Source: Macrostomum lignano | Taxonomy: Eukaryota | Assembly (NCBI GenBank): GCA_002269645.1 | Contig: NIVC01000059.1 | Span: 1-64,000 of the forward strand | Direction: 5' to 3' | Length of the DNA: 64,000 nucleotides | Notes under the pieces: generated by a model | Database searches by the model: none | Seen by the model: the letters and a program-made list of their open reading frames with translations, nothing else | What the model was told of the DNA's origin: nothing | Program-made: the position numbers and the translations under genes | Part shown: piece after piece, positions 19,325 through 31,776 of the stretch | How positions within the stretch are numbered: the first letter of the stretch is position 1 | How the letters are laid out: each line of letters begins with the position of its first letter

Positions 19325-21585
19325 TACATGACACCCTTCATGTCTGACATGACGCTTCTTTTATTCTACCATGATGCTTCTTAATTTTTTAAATGACACT
19401 TTCATTAGTTTTTAAATGAGGCTTCTATGATTTTTTCACGACGCTTCTATGATTTTTAAATGACGCTTCTATGATTTTTTACATGACGCTTCTATGATTT
19501 TTTACATGACGCTTCTATGATTGTTTACATGACGCTTCTATGATTTTTAAATGACGCTTCTATGATTTTTTACATGACCCTTCTATGATTGTTTACATGA
19601 CGCTTCTATGATTGTTTACATGACGCTTCTATGATTGTTTACATGACGCTTCTATGATTTTAAATGACGCTTCTATGATTTTTTACATGACGCTTCTATG
19701 ATTGTTTACATGACGCTTCTATAATTTTTAAATGACGCTTCTACAATTTTTTACATGACACTTGAATGATTGTTAACATGACGCTTCTATGATTTTTTGC
19801 ATGACGCTTCTATGATTTTTATATGACGCTTCTACGATTTTTTACATGGCGCTTCTATGATTGTTTACATGACGCTTCTACGATTGTTTACATGACGCTT
19901 CTATGATTGTTTACATGACGCTTTTATGATTGTTTACATGACGCTTCTACAATTTTTTACATGACGCTTCTATGATTGTTTACATGACGCTTCTATGATT
20001 GTTTACATGACGCTTCTATGATTGTTTACATGACGCTTTTATGATTTTTTACATGACGCTTCTATGATTTTTTTACATGACGCTTCTATGATTTTTTACA
20101 TGACGCTTCTATGATTGTTTACATGACGCTTTTATGATTGTTTACATGACGCTTCTACAATTTTTTACATGACGCTTCTATGATTGTTTACATGACGCTT
20201 CTATGATTGTTTACATGACGCTTCTATGATTGTTTACATGACGCTTCTATGATTTTTTACATGACACTTCTATGATTGTTTACATGACGCTTCTATGATT
20301 GTTTACATGACGCTTTTATGATTTTTTACATGACGCTTCTATGATTTTTTTACATGACGCTTCTATGATTTTTTACATGACGCTTCTATAATTGTTTACA
20401 TGACGCTTCTATGATTGTTTACATGACGCTTCTATGATTGTTTACATGACGCTTCTATGATTGTTTACATGACGCTTCTATGATTGTTTACATGACGCTT
20501 TTATGATTGTTTACATGACGCTTCTATGATTTTTTTACATGACGCTTTTATGATTTTTTACATGACGCTTCTATGATTTTCACATGACGCTTCTATGATT
20601 TTTTAAATGACGCTTCAATGATTTTTATATGACGCTTCTACGATTCTTTACATGACGCTTCTATGATTGTTTACATGACGCTTCTATGATTTTTTACATG
20701 ACACTTCTATGATTGTTTACATGACGCTTCTATGATTGTTTACATGACGCTTCTACAATTTTTTTACATGACGCTTCTATGATTGTTTACATGACGCTTC
20801 TATGATTGTTTACATGACGCTTCTATGATTGTTTACATGACGCTTTTATGATTTTTTACATGACGCTTCTATGATTTTTTTACATGACGCTTCTATGATT
20901 TTTTACATGACGCTTCTATGATTGTTTACATGACGCTTTTATGATTGTTTACATGACGCTTCTACAATTTTTTACATGACGCTTCTATGATTGTTTACAT
21001 GACGCTTCTATGATTGTTTACATGACGCTTCTATGATTGTTTACATGACGCTTCTATGATTTTTTACATGACACTTCTATGATTGTTTACATGACGCTTC
21101 TATGATTGTTTACATGACGCTTCTATGATTGTTTATATGACGCTTCTATGATTTTTTACATGACGCTTCTATGATTTTTTACATGACGCTTCTATAATTG
21201 TTTACATGACGCTTCTATGATTGTTTACATGACGCTTCTATGATTGTTTACATGACGCTTCTATGATTGTTTACATGACGCTTCTATGATTGTTTACATG
21301 ACGCTTTTATGATTGTTTACATGACGCTTCTATGATTTTTTTACATGACGCTTTTATGATTTTTTACATGACGCTTCTATGATTTTCACATGACGCTTCT
21401 ATGATTTTTTAAATGACGCTTCAATGATTTTTATATGACGCTTCTACGATTCTTTACATGACGCTTCTATGATTGTTTACATGACGCTTCTATGATTTTT
21501 TACATGACACTTCTATGATTGTTTACATGACGCTTCTATGATTGTTTACATGACGCTTCTATGATTTTTACATGACGCTTCTTTT
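19325..21585. repeat. ~23-bp satellite in unit B copy 2 (longer array)
   Basis: Same monomer; the flanking offset changes from 5832 to 6357, i.e. 525 bp longer. Confidence 0.97.
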
Positions 21586-24500
21586 TAAAAAGTCTTAGTT
21601 TTCCTGACGTTGAAAAGCTTTAATTAAAAAAATTATACTCTATGAAAATTCGAACCATCGTCTTTGCATTTAGCAGTTCAGTTTGTTCACCTCTAGGCTA
21701 GCTCTCATCGTTTTGATAACATCAAATTTTGCACTTATATAATTCAACACTTTAAAATCCAAGCATAGAGTAAATCACACGAAGCAGTTATGACATAATC
21801 AATATCCAGTCAGTCAGTATCAGTTAACAATATGGTTACGCAATTTAAATCAAGTCTGGTGCTACGCTTCCACACTGCATTTTCAATTCAAGTCGGAGTT
21901 ACAATTCAGTTATGATGCAATCTATTTCAGAATCAGAATTCAACCAGTCAGTTTGTTCTCTAGCATTCTTACAATGCATTTCAAGTCGAAAAGTTTGCTT
22001 GACCTTTGCAAAAAAGCATGTTTTTCGAATATTAAATGCCTTTAGCATCGAGCAATTTCTTAGCCACGATGCATGTACAGTCACGGGAAAATTTCTGATC
22101 GAACAGTGCAAGTTCGAACAAAATCGGTCCAGCCATTTTTTCTCTAATCGATCACATAGACACAGACAGACCATTTTTAGTATATAGGATAGAAGAAGAC
22201 TAGAGCGTTATGGACATTCATTCATTCAAGCATACAAACCTTAGAGATTTAGTATATTTAGAAGTCTCTAGAGCGTTATGGACATTCATTCATTCAAGCA
22301 TACAAACCTTAGAGATTTAGTATATTTAGATTACTAGCTAATTAGAGCTGGCTGCCAGCATCCAGAATAATTTTTTATTGCCCCCCTTTAAGTGGAGCGG
22401 AGTGAGTTTTCTTATCAGTTGGCTCTGGCGCAATCAATTAAAATTGGCAGTGAAGTTTCTGGCTGATAAAATTTGCATTGAAAAAGGCCATTTAAAACAG
22501 TTTTTCGAATATTTAATCCCTTTAGCATTGAATCAGATACAAGAAATTTTAACTGTCTTCTTTCCAGACAATTTTGAATCTTTTGGCGAAAACGCGATCA
22601 AAATCGGTGAAGAATTGCTCTCTCTAGAGCGTTATGGACATTCAAACATACAAACCTTAGAGATATAGTATATTTAGACTAGCTAATTAGAGCTGGCTGC
22701 CAGCAGCCAGAATAATTTTTTTATTGCCCCCCTTTATGTGGAGCGGAGTGAGTTTTCTTATCAGTTGGCTCTGGCGCAATCAATTAAAATTGACTGTGAA
22801 GTTTCTGGCTGATAAAATTTGCATTGAAAAAGGCCATTTAAAACAGTTTTTCGAATATTTAATCCCTTTAGCATTGAAGCAGATACAGGAAATTTTAACT
22901 GTCTTCTTTCCAGACAATTTTGAATCTTTTGGCGAAAACACGATCAAAATCGGTGAAGAATTGCAATCTCTAGAGCGTTATGGACAAGCAAGCATTCAAA
23001 CATACAAAGCTTAGAGATTTAGTATTTTTAACTGTCTTCTTTCCAGACAATTTTGCATCTTTTGGCGAAAACGCGATCAAAATCGGTGAAGAATTGCTCT
23101 CTCTAGAGCGTTATGGACATTCAAACATACAAACCTTAGAGATTTAGTATATTTAGACTAGCTAATTAGAGCTGGCTGCCAGCAGCCAGAATAATTTTTT
23201 TATTGCCCCCCTTTATGTGGAGCGGAGTGAGTTTTCTTATCAGTTGGCTCTGGCGCAATCAATTAAAATTGACTGTGAAGTTTCTGGCTGATAAAATTTG
23301 CATTGAAAAAGGCCATTTAAAACAGTTTTTCGAATATTTAATCCCTTTAGCATTGAAGCAGATACAGGAAATTTTAACTGTCTTCTTTCCAGACAATTTT
23401 GAATCTTTTGGCGAAAACACGATCAAAATCGGTGAAGAATTGCAATCTCTAGAGCGTTATGGACAAGCAAGCATTCAAGCATACAAAGCTTAGAGATTTA
23501 GTATTTTTAACTGTCTTCTTTCCAGACAATTTTGCATCTTTTGGCGAAAACGCGATCAAAATCGGTGAAGAATTGCTCTCTCTAGAGCGTTATGGACATT
23601 CAAACATACAAACCTTAGAGATTTAGTATATTTAGACTAGCTAATTAGAGCTGGCTGCCAGCAGCCAGAATAATTTTTTTATTGCCCCCCTTTATGTGGA
23701 GCGGAGTGAGTTTTCTTATCAGTTGGCTCTGGCGCAATCAATTAAAATTGACTGTGAAGTTTCTGGCTGATAAAATTTGCATTGAAAAAGGCCATTTAAA
23801 ACAGTTTTTCGAATATTTAATCCCTTTAGCATTGAAGCAGATACAGGAAATTTTAACTGTCTTCTTTCCAGACAATTTTGAATCTTTTGGCGAAAACACG
23901 ATCAAAATCGGTGAAGAATTGCAATCTCTAGAGCGTTATGGACAAGCAAGCATTCAAACATACAAAGCTTAGAGATTTAGTATATTTAGAAGACTAGCTA
24001 ATTAGAGCTGGCTGCCAGCAGCCAGAATAATTTTTTATTGCCCCCCTTTACGTGGGGTCCAGTGAGTTTTCTTATCAGTTGGCTCTGGCGCAATCAATTA
24101 AAATTGGCAGTGAAGTTTCTGGCTGATAAAATTTGCATTGAAAAAGGCCATTTAAAACAGTTTTTCGAATATTTAATCCCTTTAGCATTGAAGCAGATAC
24201 AAGAAATTTTAACCATACAATCCCAGGCTGATTACAAATCTTTTGGCGAAAACGCGATCAAAATCGGTGAAGAATTGCAATCTCTAGAGCGTTATGGACA
24301 AGCAAGCATTCAAACATACAAAGCTTAGAGATTTAGTATATTTAGATTTAGAAGATAGAAGACTAGCTAATTAGAGCTGGCTGCCAGCATCCAGAATAAT
24401 TTTTTATTGCCCCCCTTTAAGTGGAGCGGAGTGAGTTTTCTTACCAGTTGGCTCTGGCGCAATCAATTAAAATTGGCAGTGAAGTTTCTGGCTGATAAAA

Positions 24501-24934
24501 TTTGCATTGAAAAAGGCCATTTAAAACAGTTTTTCGAATATTTAATCCCTTTAGCATTGAATCAGATACAAGAAATTTTAACTGTCTTCTTTCCAGACAA
24601 TTTTGAATCTTTTGGCGAAAACGCGATCAAAATCGGTGAAGAATTGCAGTCTCTAGAGCGTTATGGACATTCATTCATTCAAGCATACAAACCTTAGAGA
24701 TTTAGTATATTTAGAAGATAGAAGATGGACAAGCATTCAAGCATACAAACCTTAGAGATTTAGTATATTTGGATTATGGACAAGCATTCAAGCATACAAA
24801 CCTTAGAGATTTAGTATATTTGGATTATGGACAAGCATTCAAGCATACAAACCTTAGAGATTTAGTAGTATATTTGGAAGGTTAAAGTTAGCGTCCCAAT
24901 GCAAAAACAAGCGGTCTGTACGTACATGTACGTG

Positions 24935-25168
24935 TAGGGGCGTCGCCATGAATTTATGGGGGGAACAAAGCCAAGAATTCTACATGTTTTTGCATTCATT
25001 TTAGCGCCGCAGGCACTTATTTTGATGCTGCAGGCGCTAGATTTTGAAGCGAAATTTTTTATTTCCATAAACGGATCTCAAGGTGTAGGGGTGGACAAAG
25101 CATTGGCATGCCCTCATAGCTTTTACTGGGGGGACATGCCCCCTGGCCCCCAGGAGGCGACGCTCCTG
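24935..25168. mobile_element. MITE with AGG(G/A)GCGTCGCC terminal inverted repeats
   Basis: TAGGGGCGTCGCC ... GGCGACGCTCCTG; homologous to 34789-35094 in the opposite orientation. Confidence 0.65.
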
Positions 25169-25228
25169 TGTATGTATGTGTGTATGTATACAATACGTAT
25201 GTATGTATGTATAATGTATGTATGTATA

Positions 25229-25257
<29 letters not shown>
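25169..25257. repeat. Compound (TATG)n/(TATC)n microsatellite
   Basis: Direct reading. Confidence 0.9.
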
Positions 25258-25259
<2 letters not shown>

Positions 25260-25801
25260 GAGTCTTGATAGATATAAATGTAAAACTGTACTTTTCAGTC
25301 AAGTCTAGAGACTTAATTAGATATCGACTTAGAGCATATAGGTGAACATGCGAATACGATTTAAACTCTGTAGCTAAAAGAAATTCTTGCAGATAATAAT
25401 AGTGGGAAAGTTTTACGAGAATGAACGAGTGACTTTGCAATTGGCAGTCACAGTCGTGATCGACATGCATTTTCATTTCTATTAAACAAGACCGATTAGG
25501 CTGTAAGAAAAAACATGTAGCTAGAAATACAAAAGCAACAACTGCAAATCTTGCCTGAAGCAAATAAGTTTCCCTCTACTTGAACAACAATTAACGACTC
25601 TAAACTTTAACACTTGATAACGCGAATCTTCCCGTTTTTTCACAAAAGCAATCTCAGAATCTAGCGCTGCCGATGCCAAAAGCAACCAACTACTGTCAAT
25701 GAGGTTTTTCTGCTGCTCCACGCTGTTGAGCCGCCCCTTGAGCTGCTGCAGGCAGCGAGTCACCCTGCCACGCGATCCACCCGAGCTACAGAATTAAGCT
25801 A

Positions 25802-26115
25802 GGGGATTGTAGCCTATTGGTTAGAGCGTCAGACTCACGACTTGAAGGTAGGGGGTTCGATTCCCGATCCCACTCGGAACAATTTGTGTCCTTGAGCAAG
25901 ACACTTAAATCTGCATTGCTTCAGTTCACCCAGCTGTAAAATGGGTGCCAGCATTTGCTGGGGTAATTGAGGGTGTGTGTGGCGGCCCCCCAGTCCTTGG
26001 ACTGAACAGCCGTACGGAGCCTTCAGATGCGCCGCGCAATAGCTGCGGCTGAGCTGTCGGTTGCACATCTGGCCCAATTGAGACAGGTGTAATCAATTAT
26101 ATTATTATTACTATT
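25802..26115 (+). mobile_element. tRNA-derived SINE with CORE-like central domain
   Basis: A-box TAGCCTATTGG at 25810, B-box GGTTCGATTCC at 25854. 25885-25945 (TGTGTCCTTGAGCAAGACACTTAA...CTGTAAAATGGG) resembles the MIR/CORE domain. (ATT)n-like tail. Confidence 0.75.
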
Positions 26116-26383
26116 AAACTATAAAATATTACTGTGAATAGCACCATTTACGAGTAATTTGACATTCAGATGAAGGTTGAGTAAAAAAGTTGAATTAAGA
26201 TTTCGTACAATTGGCGATTATATATCAATCAATATTTGGTTGGCAATTGCTATTGTAAAAATTACGAGTATTCATGTGATTTTAGCATGAAATTCGGTAT
26301 GTTTAAAAGAACACAAACCCCACACAAACTTCAGACTGTTGTTTAAAGTGATATCATTCTGGAACTCCAGACAATTAGAGCTG

Positions 26384-27314
26384 CTATTGGTCGTTCTCCA
26401 GATCCTTAAACCAGACGTCGCCCTGCAGCTGCGTCGTCTCGGATGGCAAGTTAAACATGGGCTCCTGGGGTTGCTGATTGACGTACATCGGGAGGCGACC
26501 CAGCCTTTGGCGCACCATATTAAGCATAGTGCAGAGGTGATGGGTCTTGTAGTTTTCTCTGAACACTTCGCACAAATTTTGTATGTAAATACTTCCTGTC
26601 GTCGGGCATCTCAGAGCGTAGTCACCCCTAGTCACCGAGTAGGCAAATAGAAAGTCGAGCTTCTCGGAGAGTTGTCTGTTTAACCGCCTGTTGGAGGCAT
26701 CGAAATTGCTTGGACTGCTGTTGTTGCTTCCGACAGACGACACCGGCTGGTCGACGTTTGACTCGGCTGTCACGCTGGCGCCGACGCCGAGAGGCCGACA
26801 GGCCTGCAGGAAGAACAGCTTCGGCTTCTGCTGCAGAGAGTCACAGCAGTAGAATGGCGCGAATATGTCATCTAGGGCGACCCACTCGCCATCGCAGCCA
26901 AGAACGCGGTCGCATTCACCGTGCGACATGATGAAAGCAACGAAACAGTCAAATTTCGTGTGACGATCGCGGGCAGCTAGCGATCGCATCAGGGCGAGAA
27001 TGTCGCACGCGTCCAGATTCTGGTGGACTTGAACCCGAAACTTGAGTGTGTCCTTAAACAGTCGCTCCAGACTGGCTACATCTTTCCTTGAGCCGGGTCG
27101 AGGTTCACATTCGCCTGAGAACTGCTCATTGTTGATGATGACGCACATTCCACGTGGATTGGAGCGCATGGAGTACTGGTAGCCGCGTATAGGCGGCACA
27201 ACACTGGAGTTCAAATTCGAACTGTCCATCTCCGCTGAAGGTACTTCAGCTAGCTGAGCACTTCCAGCGTCAAGCTGCATCTTGACTCCTGCTGTCTCAT
27301 TGCTGGTGGCGCTG
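26384..27314 (-). CDS. Ankyrin-repeat caspase, exon 4: caspase (C14) catalytic domain
   Basis: PRGMCVIINN, RPGSRKD, FIMSHG (His), KPKLFFLQACRP (Cys), DFLFAYS, GSIYIQNLC. Acceptor ttttttacag at 27315, phase 2. Confidence 0.9.
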
Positions 27315-27480
27315 CTGTAAAAAATTAGACAGAGATACAGATAATGTGGAAGATTTTCAAAATTCAGCCAAGCAAAATTTATTTGTTATAAAACTGAGAA
27401 AATATGACGTCACGATTGCATAAAAATCTAAAAATGAATGAGCAACGAGGTACTCTCCACGTTTGTAAAAGCTATCTAAC

Positions 27481-28257
27481 CTTGATGGTATTGGCGCCGT
27501 AGCGGCCTCCCAGCTGCATTTTCGCTTCCTGTCGAGCTTGACCAGCATCTCAATAGCCGCGGTTCTCTTCGCCCGCTTGGCCAGATCCATGGCGTTGCCC
27601 TGCGAGCTCTTGTAGTAGATATCAGCCCCAACATTGGCTAGCAGTTCCAGCATGTCCGTGTGGCCCTTTACCGCGGCTAGGGTGAAAGCGGTGTTGCAGT
27701 TCTTCTTAGGGCTTGTCTGCAGTTCCAGGTCGGCATCGTGACTGATCAACAGTTTCGCTAGCTCCAGCAGATTTTCTTGGGCGCAAAAGTGCAGCGCGCT
27801 GAATCCATCAATTTCTTGGTCGTTGACGCTGGCATGCCTGTCTAACAGTAGCTTGGCGATGTCCATATGGTTAAGCCAAGCTGCTCGAATCAGCGGAGTC
27901 CGATTGTCTTTGCTCCTGGCATTGAGGCCGATGGACTTCTGGTCCAAGAGGACTTTGACAACCCGACGGCTGTTCTGCTGCACCGCGATGTGCAGCGCTG
28001 TGATGCCAAGCTTTTGCTCCGTGACATTGGGATCCGCGCCTCGATCTAGCAGCAGCTTACAAGTACTTTCATCATCATTCCAGGCGCTAGCCATCAAAGC
28101 GGTCCATCCTGGATCCTGTTGGCTTCGTTTGTTGATGCTATCCCGCACCGCTTGGCTAGAATCGAGCAGTTCCTTCACCTTTTCCGGGTTGGCATCCATC
28201 GCTGCCTTAAACAGTCTGGCAGTTGTCAGCTCCTCATTGTTCTTCGCGTTTTTAGGC
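27481..28257 (-). CDS. Ankyrin-repeat caspase, exon 3 (~7 ankyrin repeats)
   Basis: GWTALM, GITALH, RTPLI, GFSALH repeats. Acceptor cttctcccag at 28258, donor AG|GTTAGA at 27480; 777 nt, symmetric phase 2. Confidence 0.85.
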
Positions 28258-28485
28258 CTGGGAGAAGTGCGAGAGTGGAATGCGACAGCGTTAATGGGAG
28301 CCAAACTATTGACAGCTTAAATTTTTAGTTATTACTCACTAGACATTTCCATTTCTTTATAGCATGACATATATAGTTATTCACTTCACGTTGTGGCTAC
28401 ATTTTAGAGGCAATTTCTTGTACATGTAATTAGCTTCGCATAAGGGCCTAGAGACAAGACAATTAATGTCAATTTATGGTCTTAC

Positions 28486-29115
28486 ATTTCCTCTAGCACA
28501 GCATTCGCCGCTTCGAATTGCCGAGCCGCCTTGGCTTCCTCGAGAATCTGTGGCAGCCATGTTTCGCGACTCAAATTATCGTCGAGTTTACGAAGTCGAT
28601 TGAGCATCAGGCGCAGCACGTCCAGATGGCCACGGACGGCGGCCAACTTGGCCGGACAGAGCCGGCCGTCAGCACCTGGTGTCATCAATTCGTCCGCGCT
28701 GGCTCGTTCAATAATTAGCTCTGCGACATCCGTGGCCGAGCCCAGGTCGGCGCACAAGGACAGCGGAGTTGAACCCTGGGCGTCTAACACAGCCAGGCTG
28801 GCACCAGCTTGCAACAGCAACTTGACGCAGGACTCGCTGCCGCACTGGATGGCGGCATGCAGGGCAGTTGCTTTAGTCGAGTCTTCCGCTCGTCTATTGA
28901 CCTGAAAGTCGAGACTACTACTGCTGCCGATTAGTGAAAGTACCACTTTCAATGACTCCGTCTTGCCCAGTCCGGCAGCCAGCATCAGAGGCGTCCGGCC
29001 TGTTGTTCTATCTACGTTGGTCACTGTCTCCGACTTCGCTAGCTTCCGCACGCTTTCTAGATCGTCTTTGCGAATGGCGTCGGCAAGGCTGAGGCCTGCC
29101 GGTGCTGTCGGTTTG
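28486..29115 (-). CDS. Ankyrin-repeat caspase, exon 2 (~5 ankyrin repeats)
   Basis: GRTPLMLAA, ATALHAA, GSTPL repeats. Acceptor cactttgcag at 29116, donor AT|GTAAGA at 28485; 630 nt, symmetric phase 2. Confidence 0.85.
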
Positions 29116-30079
29116 CTGCAAAGTGATTAAATGTGCTTAAAGTAGTGTTTGTATAGTATGTCGTTTTTATTACTAGAAAAGATAGAAATATGCAGCGCAG
29201 TATGAGTATATCTCTATTGTGTGAGAGAATCGAGGATTGCCCATTAAAAGAGTTAATTATTTCTCCAATGGTTGCCCACCAAAAGAATCTATGATTGCCC
29301 ACCAGTGTGACCACAAAGAATTTATAAAAAATAGAGCAGTAAAAAATAGCGCAGCAGGATTCTGGAGTGTTTTAATGGCTATATGTGCTTTTTCAGAAAC
29401 TAAAATAGTAAAATAGCCAAATAATGGATGCAAGCTAGGATACATAGTGATGTAGCATTCTCGACAGGCAGATCAGGTAGTTCGTCTTCGTCCTAGCGCA
29501 AGCATAGTTTTCAGCAATTTCACTGTCCGGGGAGGCGACAGGGATAACCTCCGCCAGCTCATCTGTGAACCGGAACGAGCATCCTTCTTTGTAGTTTGTC
29601 AGCATCCGGGTCTCCGGGTCTTCATTAGAGGAAAAAATGTACAATTATTATTTGGCTCTGTTGCCCAGAATTGGACTGCTTGAGATGCTTCATTGCTGAT
29701 TTGTGCTTGGCATCACTGATTACGCTGAGCCTGAGTTGATGACGATGAACTTGAAGGCAAAGAAAAGCTCATGAATTTGCTTTTGGCTGAAGTTAGAAGC
29801 ATTTGAAAGCTTGAAGCATGCAGTCTGAACTAAATACATGTGCGAGCGCAAGTTAATCATTTGCATGCACATTCTTGTTTCAACTACTGATCAACTACCG
29901 ATCTTTTCTAAGTAAAAAATGAGCATGAAAGGCAAGAAAAAAGGGTTCATAGTTTCAATTTTTTTTTTTAGCGCAGATATGACCAAAAAGTAACTGTAAA
30001 ACCAAAATAGTAGCGCAGTTAAGCAGAAAACTATAAAATAGTGTGGTCACACTGCAAATGCTCTCTAAAAAATCAAATT

Positions 30080-30775
30080 TTGCTCCAGTGATTGCCCATC
30101 AACCGAGAGAATCGATGATTGCCCACTGAAAGAATCAATGATTGCTCCAGTGATTGCCCACCGACCGAGAGAATCGATGATTGCCCACTGAAAGAATCAA
30201 TTGTTGCTCCAGTGATTGCCCACCGACCGATAGAATCGATGATTGCCCACTGAAACAATCAATGATTGCTCCAGTGATTGCCCACCGACCGAGAGAATCG
30301 ATGATTGCCCACTGAAACAATCAATGATTGCTCCAGTGATTGTCCACCGACCGAGAGAATCGATGATTGCCCACTGAAACAATCAATGATTGCTCCAGTG
30401 ATTGCCCACCGACCGAGAGAATCGATGATTGCCCACTGAAACAATCAATGATTGCTCCAGTGATTACCCACCGACCGAGAGAATCGATGATTGCCCACTG
30501 AAACAATCAATGATTGCTCCAGTGATTACCCACCGACCGAGAGAATCGATGATTGCCCACTGAAACAATCAATGATTGCTCCAGTGATTGCCCACCGACC
30601 GATAGAATCGATGATTGCCCACTGAAACAATCAATGATTGCTCCAGTGATTGTCCACCGACCGAGAGAATCGATGATTGCCCACTGAAACAATCAATGAT
30701 TGCTCCAGTGATTGCTCTCTGAGTGAATCGATTATTGCCCATTAAAAGAATCAATTGTTGTTCCAGTGATTGCTC
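30080..30775. repeat. 62-bp minisatellite (~11 copies) in intron 1 of the ankyrin-caspase gene
   Basis: ORF-track repeats are offset by exactly 62 nt; a degenerate copy lies at ~29220-29310. Confidence 0.95.
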
Positions 30776-30910
30776 CCGAAAGAATTAACAATTCTCCACA
30801 GCAATCAAGCTTCTGCACTTTAGGTGCAGTGCAGATATGTCTCATATATACGGCCTTATCTTAAAAATAAACTTGTACCATGCAATCAAATCAACGCTAA
30901 CAAAACTCAC

Positions 30911-31776
30911 TTCCTGCTCTGACTACTCCAGCTCTGCAGCAGTTTCAGCAGCTCCTTCGAATCGCTGCCAGACACTTGGTCCAAGGCTGTGCAACCCTCG
31001 CTATTGGCAAAATTAGGATCGGCACCGTTCTCGTGCAGCAGCTGCACCATCTTTGCGTGGCCATTAAGCGAGGCTAAAATTAACGCTGTATTGCCTTTGA
31101 ACTCCGGCTTAGTTGGCTGGTTAACCATCTCAGGTGGTGCCTTGGCCAGGATGCGCTGTGCGATCTCGCGCCTGTCCAGCTGGGCGCAAAGGTGCAGCGC
31201 GGTGAAGCCGCTATTAGAGGCCAGGTCGAGTTTGGCGCCACGATCGATGAGCAGGTGAGCTAGCTGAACGCTGTTCTCAAACACGGACTTCATTAGAGCT
31301 GTGAATCCGCGACTGCTTTGCTGGTCGAGATTGATTGTCGGCTGTTTTAACAACACTTCGGCTAGCTCCGTGTGGCCCAAGTCAGCACAAATCATCAGCG
31401 CGGTAATGTCGTTCTCAGCCAGCAAGTTGACGTTGGCACCGGCTTGTAATAGTAACTTGGCTACGCGAATCGAATTCTGCTTGGCGCAGATGTGCATCGC
31501 ACTGAGCCCCGAGCTATCTTGATGGTCCAGGGGAGCTTTCTGTTCAATGAGCAGCCGGCAGACGTCCTCGCTATCCTTCCAGGCTGTGGCCATCAGCAAA
31601 CTCCTATTGCGATCTCTCTCATTAGTCCAGTCAGCAGGCAGGCCCTCACTAAGGTAGGACTGAACCTGGCTTACATCGCCTTTGCGGCAGAAGTCGTAGA
31701 ACTCGATGCAAAGCGGCGTCTTCGATGTGGTTTGGCAGCTGCGGCGGGCGGCGGCTGCGACGACAGCAGCGGCCAT
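30911..31776 (-). CDS. Ankyrin-repeat caspase, exon 1 (~8 ankyrin repeats)
   Basis: ATG at 31776; ITALM, GFTALM, GFTALH, GNTALI repeats; donor AA|GTGAGT at 30910, phase 2. Confidence 0.87.

Larger units (their letters stand above)
10499..24866 (+). repeat. Tandem concatemer of Helitron-like non-autonomous units (A ~945 bp x3, B 3.4-4.0 kb x2, C ~350-480 bp x9) with a ~5.8-kb higher-order duplication
   Basis: A copies at 10499, 11443 and 17277; B at 12393-15833 and 18225-22190; C starts at 15976, 16438, 16917, 22333, 22678, 23157, 23636, 23993 and 24362. B and C start ACTAGC plus a hairpin, and all units end AAAATCGG...(ACAT/ACAG)...TAGTATAT(T/A)..GAT. Repeat structure is certain; the Helitron call is inferred. 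Confidence 0.8.

Noticed and set aside
13490-21585. CRISPR-like appearance of the short-repeat arrays here and elsewhere
   Set aside because: Monomers are contiguous with no unique spacers, there are no cas genes, and the context is eukaryotic.
16021-24697. 96-aa ORF repeated in nine C units
   Set aside because: TTG start only; differences between copies are largely amino-acid changing; part of a non-coding repeat.
29435-29644. 69-aa ORF in intron 1 of the ankyrin-caspase gene as an extra exon
   Set aside because: No donor/acceptor pair found that keeps phase 2; exon 1 already splices in frame to exon 2.
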